Of a stretch of DNA of 32,000 nucleotides, positions 17,336 to 24,694 are shown piece after piece. Under the pieces are notes generated by a model. That model searched no databases and was not told the DNA's origin. It worked only from the letters and a program-made list of their open reading frames with translations. A program made the translations under genes and the position numbers. Source of the DNA: Microcystis aeruginosa NIES-843 (GTDB lineage Bacteria > Cyanobacteriota > Cyanobacteriia > Cyanobacteriales > Microcystaceae); NCBI RefSeq assembly GCF_000010625.1, contig NC_010296.1, positions 3,180,001 to 3,212,000 on the forward strand, in the 5' to 3' direction. The stretch's first letter is position 1. Every line of letters begins with the position of its first letter.

Positions 17336-17434
17336 CACACCCCACACCCTACTTCCCCATCACCCCACACCCCACACCCTACTTCCCCATCACCCCACTT
17401 CCCCAATCCCCCATCACCCCACACCCCACTCCCA
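17336..17434. repeat. Degenerate heptamer array (CCCCACA, CCCTACT, TCCCCAT, ...) flanking the 5' end of intron copy 2
   Basis: Read directly. Confidence 0.9.
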
Positions 17435-17550
17435 TACCTAAGCGCCGCAATTCCGGAGATTATATAAAAAAACACCCAGAACAATCGGGGTAATGGACAA
17501 TACTAAAGGTTGTGTAGGTCATCAGAAAAGCCCTTTCAGGGTAAAATACT

Positions 17551-18714
17551 ATGAAACTAGCGTCACGAGTCAATCAAGTTACTCCCTCCCTTACCCTAGC
17601 TATCGACTCTCTGGCCAAGGAAATGAAGAAAAACGGCGAAGATGTCTGTAGTTTTAGCGCCGGGGAGCCAGATTTCGACACACCCACTCACATCAAAGCT
17701 GCCGCGAAAAAGGCCCTCGATGAGGGAAAAACTCGCTACGGACCGGCTGCCGGGGAAGCGGGGTTAAGAAAAGCCATCGCCGAGAAATTGCTGCGGGATA
17801 ATCAACTAGCATACAATGCCGATAATGTCATCGTCACCAATGGCGGTAAACAGTCTCTCTACAATCTGATCATGGCGTTAATTGAAGCGGGGGACGAAGT
17901 AATTATTCCCGCACCCTACTGGTTGAGTTATCCTGAAATGGTGACGTTAGCGGGGGGAACATCGGTTATAGTGAACACTAGCCTAGAGAATCACTATAAA
18001 ATCACCCCCGAACAGCTAGAAGCGGCAATTACACCGAAAACTAAATTATTTGTCCTCAATTCTCCCTCTAATCCCACCGGTATTGTCTATACTCCCGAAG
18101 AAATCGCAGCTTTAGCAAAAATTGTGGTTGAAAAGGATATTTTAGTGGTTTCTGATGAAATTTACGAGAAAATCCTCTACGATGGCGCAATTCACCGCAG
18201 TATCGCTTCTTTTGGTCCGGAAATCTTTCAGCGCAGTATTATTAGTAATGGTTTTGCTAAAGCTTTCTCGATGACGGGGTGGCGCGTCGGTTACATAGCA
18301 GGACCGGTGGAAATTGTCAAGGCTATGACTAAGATCCAAAGTCATAGTACCTCCAATGTCTGCACTTTTGCCCAATACGGTGCGATCGCTGCTTTAGAGA
18401 GTCCCCAAGATTGCATCGAGGAAATGGTCAAAGCTTTTAGCGAGCGCCGACAGTATATTTTAGAACGAGTGCGAGCCATTCCCGGACTCAATTGTCCTAC
18501 TCCCAACGGTGCTTTTTATGTGTTTATCGATATTAGTCAAACTGGTTTAAAATCACGGGATTTTTGTCAGAAACTGCTCGAAACCCAAAAAGTAGCTGCT
18601 ATCCCCGGTATTGCTTTCGGTGCCGATGATTGTATTCGTCTTTCCTACGCTACAGACCTAAAGACGATTGAAAAAGGATTCGATCGCCTTGATCAGTTTA
18701 TCGGCAGTTTGTAG
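17551..18714 (+). CDS. Pyridoxal-phosphate-dependent aminotransferase, class I (aspartate aminotransferase type)
   Basis: 387 aa. The motifs [33 protein letters not shown] and [14 protein letters not shown] (PLP lysine context) fit AspAT class I. Confidence 0.9.
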   Translation: MKLASRVNQVTPSLTLAIDSLAKEMKKNGEDVCSFSAGEPDFDTPTHIKAAAKKALDEGKTRYGPAAGEAGLRKAIAEKLLRDNQLAYNADNVIVTNGGKQSLYNLIMALIEAGDEVIIPAPYWLSYPEMVTLAGGTSVIVNTSLENHYKITPEQLEAAITPKTKLFVLNSPSNPTGIVYTPEEIAALAKIVVEKDILVVSDEIYEKILYDGAIHRSIASFGPEIFQRSIISNGFAKAFSMTGWRVGYIAGPVEIVKAMTKIQSHSTSNVCTFAQYGAIAALESPQDCIEEMVKAFSERRQYILERVRAIPGLNCPTPNGAFYVFIDISQTGLKSRDFCQKLLETQKVAAIPGIAFGADDCIRLSYATDLKTIEKGFDRLDQFIGSL

Positions 18715-18733
18715 GATGATTACTTTGTTTGTT

Positions 18734-18761
18734 AGGGTGAATTTTGTTCGCCCTTTTTTTT
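18734..18761 (+). terminator. Rho-independent terminator of the aminotransferase gene
   Basis: GGGTGAA-TTTTG-TTCGCCC followed by a T8 run, about 20 nt after the stop codon. Confidence 0.7.
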
Positions 18762-18877
18762 GGGTTTTAACAGCTTAGGTGAGTTGCTTACCTAGAAGGT
18801 GATTCAGGCATATTTGAGTATAATTTTCTATCTCAATTGTTAAGCAAAAATTGACCAAATATTAAGAGTTCGTAACT

Positions 18878-19058
18878 AAGTACCTAAGCAAAATTAATTA
18901 CACATCTAAGCCACTACTCCGTCAGACTTCTGGTGTGAGGAAACAGTGAACTGAAAACTCAAATCCGATCCCTAATAGCTGTCTCCCGTCTCCCGTCTCC
19001 CGTCTCCTGTCTCGGAGTCTCCTGTCTCGACTAGGAAATTAATTTTGCACGACTACTT
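18878..19058. mobile_element. Putative 181-bp MITE carrying a GTCTCCC heptamer array (18981-19029)
   Basis: Imperfect inverted termini AAGTACCTAAGCAAAATTAATT and AATTAATTTTGCACGACTACTT. A 23-nt exact inverted match of the left end occurs at 9815-9837. Confidence 0.5.
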
Positions 19059-19288
19059 ATTCTGATTGACTGGTATCACTGGAAATGCCCACGCAAACCA
19101 CAAAATTGCACAATTGTCAATAGGGTTTGAGATGCGCTCACCCTGTAAATGAAACAGATCTACCCCTGAACGGTTACAAATTTTTGTTAACATATTATCC
19201 ACCGAAGAACCATGAATGTTAAAATCGCTGGCAATTCCCGATCTGAATCTTTACTATATGAGAGCAGTACAACCCAGCCAAACAGAGC

Positions 19289-19470
19289 GGGAGCATCTCA
19301 CCTTTGCAATGAGCATAAATACTTAGTGGAAAAATAGGCTTTTCGAGGGTAATTCTTGTTTTAATTCTCCATGTACGCAGTCTTTAAAAGCCTCTATTTC
19401 GTTCCAAGACACGATTAAGAGTGGCTTTTAGGCTAAGTATAATTACTTATCGCGTAAGTGAGATGCTCCC
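19289..19470. mobile_element. 182-bp MITE derived from the ISKra4-like element, 8-bp duplication AACAGAGC
   Basis: It has the same GGGAGCATCTCAC termini as 13855-15117. AACAGAGC is present at 19281-19288 and 19471-19478. Confidence 0.85.
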
Positions 19471-19497
19471 AACAGAGCCTGTTATTGTCGCTCAATC

Positions 19498-19679
19498 GGG
19501 AGCATCTCACCTTTGCAATGAGCATAAATACTTAGTGGAAAAATAGGCTTTTCGAGGGTAATTCTTGTTTTAATTCTCCATGTACGCAGTCTTTAAAAGC
19601 CTCTATTTCGTTCCAAGACACGATTAAGAGTGGCTTTTAGGCTAAGTATAATTACTTATCGCGTAAGTGAGATGCTCCC
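19498..19679. mobile_element. Second copy of the same 182-bp MITE, apparently identical, 8-bp duplication GCTCAATC
   Basis: GCTCAATC is present at 19490-19497 and 19680-19687. It lies 27 bp from the first copy in the same orientation. Confidence 0.85.
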
Positions 19680-19681
19680 GC

Positions 19682-20074
19682 TCAATCTTCCTCTGAACCT
19701 TCCCGATCAAATCCACCGCCAGGTAACGGCAGTTTCCCTTTAGTGCCGATAGGAGTAACTGTTGTGCTTACTTTGATGCTGGTTGCTTTGTGGTCGCAAA
19801 TGGAAATAGAGGCTCTTCTCGTTTCTGTGTGGGAGTAAGAAGAATAGGGATAATTTTCCAGAAATATAGTCTTCAAAGCCTTGCCTAGCAAGACTCCTAC
19901 GAATGATAAGCACTGATTATCACACCAAGTCGAGAAGAGCCAAATAGATAGAGAAGGGATTAACAAGTTAAGGCTTTGCACAAGTGGTATGTTACTGATC
20001 CAATCTTTACTAAATGGTAAGTTAGGAGATTTATTAGGTAAGTCGCCCCGCTCTCTGAATAAAGATAGCAACAA
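19682..20074 (-). CDS. Hypothetical ORF (130 aa) downstream of the AAA+ gene; doubtful
   Basis: It is the only long ORF in a 480-bp gap. It has a TTG start, no recognisable motifs and a Ser/Leu-rich composition. Confidence 0.2.
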   Translation of the reverse strand: MLLSLFRERGDLPNKSPNLPFSKDWISNIPLVQSLNLLIPSLSIWLFSTWCDNQCLSFVGVLLGKALKTIFLENYPYSSYSHTETRRASISICDHKATSIKVSTTVTPIGTKGKLPLPGGGFDREGSEED

Positions 20075-20168
20075 CGGACAGGATAATTCCGACGGATAAG
20101 TAACAGTGAGATTGAGTCATCTAAGCCAATTAATACCCGCCGATAAAACTAATTTTTCAACAGTAAAC

Positions 20169-21259
20169 GGCCAATTCAAGTCTGAATTGCATCACTGTCT
20201 GATCTACCTTTATAGAATACCTCATTCGGGGTACGATAGTCAAGACATTTTCGAGGACGATTGTTAATCAAGTTTACGGCTCTTTCCACCTCCTCTGGCT
20301 TAACGATTTTAAAATTCGTTCCCTTGGGGAAAAATTGTCTTAACAGTCCCTTGGTATGCTCGTTTAATCCCCTCTCCCACGAATGATAAGGAGTAGCAAA
20401 ATAAAAATCTGCTCCTAGTTTCTGACTCAACTCTTGATGTCCACAAAATTCTTTGCCGTTGTCACAAGTAAAGGTTTTTCTTTTGTCAGGGTGAATCTCT
20501 TGAAAAAGTTTTTCTGTGACTCTATTGATTTCCGATGCGGTTTTGTTTTTGGCTAATCCTGCTCCTAAAAATTTCGAGGCTTTATCTACATGAGTAACGA
20601 GAACTCCTAGATGATTGCCTCCAATCATTGTGTCACTTTCCCAATGACCGATTTCAGTTTTCTGGTCAGCAATTACTGGTCGCTCGCTGATATCTACACG
20701 CCCTGGAATCCCTCCACGCTTACTTTTTGCTCCGCCTCGACTCTTTCTTTGACAAAGCCCCCGGCGTAAATATTTCTGGTACTCTCCACATCCGTGATAG
20801 TTCTGATAGATCATTTGATAGATGGTTTCGTGACTGAGAGATTCTTGACTGGCTCTTTTCAGACGACCTGCTATTTGTTCGGGACTATGATAATCTTTCA
20901 ATCCTTCTTTGACCAACTCTAAGGCTGACTCGCTGACATTTTTAAAGGGTTGTTTGGCATTTTTTCGCCTTGTCTCGCTTTGAGCTTGTGCTGTGTCAGG
21001 TAGATAGCAGCCAAGGGAACTTTGATTCCTTTTTAATTCCCGTGATATTGTGCTTTGATGACATCCGAGCCAGACGGCCATTTGCCGTTGAGATAAATTT
21101 CCCTCCTGACTAAGTTGGTAGAGCAAGTTTCTTTGTTCTATGTTAAGATGTTGGTGGCTCATTTTGGGTCTGATTTGTTTTTGTTAATGATCAGACAGTA
21201 CCTGATGAGCCTTTCTTTGTCAACTCTTGAGGTTGATGCGTTTCATTTTTGAATTGGCG
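20169..21259 (-). mobile_element. IS30-family element, copy A (1091 bp); no target duplication visible
   Basis: The ends are GGCCAATTC... and ...GAATTGGCG, the same termini as copy B. The flanks are AAC and CAG. Confidence 0.85.
20176..21162 (-). CDS. IS30-family transposase (328 aa)
   Basis: An N-terminal HTH (LSQRQMAVWLGCHQSTISRELKRN) and a DDE core (HWESDTM..., TCDNGKEF, WERGLNEHTKGLLRQF) are typical of IS30. The protein is identical to that of 21945-22931. Confidence 0.92.
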   Translation of the reverse strand: MSHQHLNIEQRNLLYQLSQEGNLSQRQMAVWLGCHQSTISRELKRNQSSLGCYLPDTAQAQSETRRKNAKQPFKNVSESALELVKEGLKDYHSPEQIAGRLKRASQESLSHETIYQMIYQNYHGCGEYQKYLRRGLCQRKSRGGAKSKRGGIPGRVDISERPVIADQKTEIGHWESDTMIGGNHLGVLVTHVDKASKFLGAGLAKNKTASEINRVTEKLFQEIHPDKRKTFTCDNGKEFCGHQELSQKLGADFYFATPYHSWERGLNEHTKGLLRQFFPKGTNFKIVKPEEVERAVNLINNRPRKCLDYRTPNEVFYKGRSDSDAIQT

Positions 21260-21847
21260 CAGCATCTAACGCATCTGAAAGATCCCGATAACCTATTGTA
21301 CTACCGTTATTCATGGCAACTTTTAAGGCCGAATCAATAATCGCATTACGTATATCCCTGCCACAGACTTCATCTATTTCAGCAAGCTTCTCGGTAGATA
21401 CATCCTCTAGAAGTGGCAAATTTTTTGGCAGAAGTTTCTGCCAGATGAGGTTTCTACAAATTTGATCTGGCATTGGAAAAAATATATTACGAACCCTAGT
21501 CTCAAATGCAGGATCATAGTTTTCAACTAGATTGGTGGCAAAAACGACAATTCCTCGAAATCTCTCTAGTGAAATTAGTAACTGACTGCGCATAGAGTTT
21601 ATTGCCTGTTCGGATCCTTGAGTTACGTTAGTCAATCTTTTAGAGAGCAAGGAATCTGATTCATCAATGAAAAGGACGGCATTGTCGCGTTCAGCCGCAT
21701 AAAAAAGGGCTTCAACGTTTTTAGGACCCTCCCCATGATACATACTCTCAATCTGAGCATAACTGACCAGTAAAATATTTCTCTCTAAGTAAGAAGCTAC
21801 TGCGTGCGCAGCCAAAGTTTTTCCTGTGCCGGGTGAACCGTAGAAAT

Positions 21848-22938
21848 CGCCAATTCAAAAATGAAACGCATCAACCTCAAGAGTTGACAAAGAAAGGCTC
21901 ATCAGGTACTGTCTGATCATTAACAAAAACAAATCAGACCCAAAATGAGCCACCAACATCTTAACATAGAACAAAGAAACTTGCTCTACCAACTTAGTCA
22001 GGAGGGAAATTTATCTCAACGGCAAATGGCCGTCTGGCTCGGATGTCATCAAAGCACAATATCACGGGAATTAAAAAGGAATCAAAGTTCCCTTGGCTGC
22101 TATCTACCTGACACAGCACAAGCTCAAAGCGAGACAAGGCGAAAAAATGCCAAACAACCCTTTAAAAATGTCAGCGAGTCAGCCTTAGAGTTGGTCAAAG
22201 AAGGATTGAAAGATTATCATAGTCCCGAACAAATAGCAGGTCGTCTGAAAAGAGCCAGTCAAGAATCTCTCAGTCACGAAACCATCTATCAAATGATCTA
22301 TCAGAACTATCACGGATGTGGAGAGTACCAGAAATATTTACGCCGGGGGCTTTGTCAAAGAAAGAGTCGAGGCGGAGCAAAAAGTAAGCGTGGAGGGATT
22401 CCAGGGCGTGTAGATATCAGCGAGCGACCAGTAATTGCTGACCAGAAAACTGAAATCGGTCATTGGGAAAGTGACACAATGATTGGAGGCAATCATCTAG
22501 GAGTTCTCGTTACTCATGTAGATAAAGCCTCGAAATTTTTAGGAGCAGGATTAGCCAAAAACAAAACCGCATCGGAAATCAATAGAGTCACAGAAAAACT
22601 TTTTCAAGAGATTCACCCTGACAAAAGAAAAACCTTTACTTGTGACAACGGCAAAGAATTTTGTGGACATCAAGAGTTGAGTCAGAAACTAGGAGCAGAT
22701 TTTTATTTTGCTACTCCTTATCATTCGTGGGAGAGGGGATTAAACGAGCATACCAAGGGACTGTTAAGACAATTTTTCCCCAAGGGAACGAATTTTAAAA
22801 TCGTTAAGCCAGAGGAGGTGGAAAGAGCCGTAAACTTGATTAACAATCGTCCTCGAAAATGTCTTGACTATCGTACCCCGAATGAGGTATTCTATAAAGG
22901 TAGATCAGACAGTGATGCAATTCAGACTTGAATTGGCC
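21848..22938 (+). mobile_element. IS30-family element, copy B (1091 bp), 3-bp duplication AAT
   Basis: The ends are CGCCAATTC... and ...GAATTGGCC. AAT is present at 21845-21847 and 22939-22941. Excision restores the AAA+ reading frame exactly. Confidence 0.9.
21945..22931 (+). CDS. IS30-family transposase (328 aa), identical to copy A
   Basis: The translation in the ORF track is identical to that of 20176-21162. Confidence 0.92.
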   Translation: MSHQHLNIEQRNLLYQLSQEGNLSQRQMAVWLGCHQSTISRELKRNQSSLGCYLPDTAQAQSETRRKNAKQPFKNVSESALELVKEGLKDYHSPEQIAGRLKRASQESLSHETIYQMIYQNYHGCGEYQKYLRRGLCQRKSRGGAKSKRGGIPGRVDISERPVIADQKTEIGHWESDTMIGGNHLGVLVTHVDKASKFLGAGLAKNKTASEINRVTEKLFQEIHPDKRKTFTCDNGKEFCGHQELSQKLGADFYFATPYHSWERGLNEHTKGLLRQFFPKGTNFKIVKPEEVERAVNLINNRPRKCLDYRTPNEVFYKGRSDSDAIQT

Positions 22939-23374
22939 AATTAAGTGCAGAATAAGGGAAGGGTTGTATATTTCTTAATCCCCACTCATCAAATACTAAT
23001 TTTTCAAGGACTGAAATTTTACTAGCTATTAGTAATTCTTCCTTAACTGATTCAGGAACGACTAATTGTTCCATTGAAAAATTCGGCTTTTGGCTACGAT
23101 ACTGCTCCGCTCTTTCCTCTAGGGAAATAGAATTTGCTTTACTGACAGACGCTTTGTTACTATTTTTGCTCAGATTTTTGACGGAGTTTAAATCTACACT
23201 TGAGGAAACAATTAAAGGTAAATTTTCTTTTCCGATTTTTTCTAAATAGCTTTGCCAAGCTGCATATATTCTGGTTTTGAAAACAAGAAAATCTTTTTCA
23301 CTTTCTGTGGTGGTTGGTATATCCTGAAATATAATTTCGTCTTCCATGTTGTTTGCTTAAATTTTTGTATTGAC

Positions 23375-23423
23375 AATAAAAAGTAGTCCTTGATAATTTT
23401 CGATTAACTTTAGGCAGGACTAC
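23375..23423 (-). terminator. Possible terminator between the small-gene cassette and the AAA+ gene
   Basis: On the minus strand, GTAGTCCT-(25-nt loop)-AGGACTAC is followed by TTTTTATT. The long loop lowers confidence. Confidence 0.4.
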
Positions 23424-23474
23424 CCTCATCTATAAAGTATTACACGGTTGCAATTAACTGTTACTCAGCCTTAC

Positions 23475-23783
23475 CTAAATCGTGACATAAACTACATCCT
23501 CGTCTTCAAGTTCATTTGATATTGAGTTACTTTCAACGAGTAAAGCCTCCTTTGTTGACGTGTTGTACACAAATCTCTTGTGCTTCTTGCTACCCTTTTG
23601 CTTAGCAATTTTTTCTAATTCCGAACTAGCTTCAGGCGCAATTATGAGAACTTCATCATCAAGGTCATCCCAATAATCAGAGATGATCTCCATAACAGTA
23701 GCAATACTGATAATAGCCAAGGCTACTGCGGCTGCTCCAAACAAGAAACCCAATAGTACAAACTCTAATCCACCTAACAACAT
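23475..23783 (-). CDS. Unknown small membrane protein (~102 aa): one N-terminal TM helix plus an acidic C-terminal domain
   Basis: I prefer the ATG at 23783 because AAGGAG lies 8 nt upstream; the ORF track starts 3 codons earlier at a GTG. MLLGGLEFVLLGFLFGAAAVALAIISIATV is followed by DYWDDLDDE...NELEDEDVVYVTI. Confidence 0.7.
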   Translation of the reverse strand: MLLGGLEFVLLGFLFGAAAVALAIISIATVMEIISDYWDDLDDEVLIIAPEASSELEKIAKQKGSKKHKRFVYNTSTKEALLVESNSISNELEDEDVVYVTI

Positions 23784-23799
23784 AGTAAACACTCCTTAC

Positions 23800-24204
23800 T
23801 TATTTTTGTGGTAAATCAATCACAACACTATCATCGTTTCCAAAGATGTCATCTAATTCCTCATCAAGTTTTTTCGCACTGACTTTTCTACCTAAATAAC
23901 CTCTTTTTTTGGGTACAATTTTTTCCTTATTGTCTATAAAAACCTGAGTTATCACCAATCCTTTAGATGAACGCTCAAGTTTGAGCAAGGTTGACTTTAC
24001 AGTAGGATATTTCAACTTTATGTCAATAGCGTACTCCAAAGCCTCAACATAAGTGAATACACTATGATCAGAAGCAAGTTCCCCTTCTCTCAAGGTATCT
24101 AAAAGTCCGTATATCGGTTCTTTTGCTATACTTTTAACAAAATCTTTGAATCTTTCCAAATTTTCAGCTATTTTTTCAAATTTAGGCTCATTATCTGACA
24201 TCAT
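23800..24204 (-). CDS. Unknown soluble protein (~134 aa)
   Basis: I prefer the ATG at 24204 because GGAG lies 8 nt upstream; the ORF is open to 24234. Its stop codon is 16 nt from the next start. I recognise no family. Confidence 0.65.
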   Translation of the reverse strand: MMSDNEPKFEKIAENLERFKDFVKSIAKEPIYGLLDTLREGELASDHSVFTYVEALEYAIDIKLKYPTVKSTLLKLERSSKGLVITQVFIDNKEKIVPKKRGYLGRKVSAKKLDEELDDIFGNDDSVVIDLPQK

Positions 24205-24259
24205 AATCAAATCTCCAGATGTGAACGATGACAATAAGGTATAAAGGTATAAGTATTAC

Positions 24260-24448
24260 CTAACCCCCCGAATACTTGATACCAACTTGACTTAAAATCT
24301 GAGCCACTTTGGTTGCATTTGAGCTATAATTAACCTCGATAGTATCGCCTGAAATTGTCACACTCGAACCTAAAGAGTTAACTACTTTTGCCTTAGCTTC
24401 TGATTTTTTAGAATCGAGCGCATATTTGTCTAAAACGAACTTCGTCAT
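24260..24448 (-). CDS. Unknown 62-aa protein whose C-terminus is ...IKYSGG directly before the stop codon
   Basis: ATG-initiated first gene of the cassette, with an alternating beta/alpha-like pattern. I recognise no family. Confidence 0.55.
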   Translation of the reverse strand: MTKFVLDKYALDSKKSEAKAKVVNSLGSSVTISGDTIEVNYSSNATKVAQILSQVGIKYSGG

Positions 24449-24694
24449 AAAATACCTGCGTTAAACTGAGACATAAGCAATAATACTTAGAACTAGCGTC
24501 GCTGAGTTAGATATGGTTAGTTTTAGGTCTGTTTTGCTTAACTACATTCCATCATGCCAAACGCTTCCAAAAAGTGACAACCCCTAAACATCGGATTTTA
24601 TCGGGAGTTTTGTCGGGTAAATTTTTCTAAAAATTGGAAAAAGTGGGATTTAGTTGGGCTATAATACCCAAAAGTCTTTTGCTGTGTCGATTGT

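Larger units (their letters stand above)
20149..23347 (-). pseudogene. Classical AAA+ ATPase (~337 aa when repaired) with an N-terminal extension of about 130 aa, split into three collinear pieces by two IS30 copies
   Basis: Deleting 21848-22938 plus one AAT gives ...RNIQPFPYSALNFYGSPGTGKTLAAHAV... (Walker A). LFIDESDSL is the Walker B motif and VVFATN is sensor 1. The piece left of IS30-A adds only GLLLKN* if it is contiguous. Confidence 0.8.

Noticed and set aside
20034-20120. 28-codon ORF with a hydrophobic core (MTQSHCYLSVGIILSVVAIFIQRAGRLT) downstream of the AAA+ gene
   Set aside because: It is too short to support without conservation data, and there is no clear ribosome-binding site. 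Its apparent ATGA coupling depended on a reading frame of the AAA+ 3' end that the refined IS30 boundary does not support.
20169-22938. The IS30 pair as a composite transposon carrying cargo
   Set aside because: The 588 bp between the copies is the collinear, in-frame middle part of the AAA+ gene whose N-terminal part lies outside copy B. These are therefore insertions into a resident gene, not an imported cargo.
24634-24665. TTGGAA ... TATAAT as the promoter of the NB-ARC gene
   Set aside because: The spacing between the hexamers is about 20 nt, which is longer than the usual 16-18. The TATAAT box alone is plausible but not sufficient for a call.
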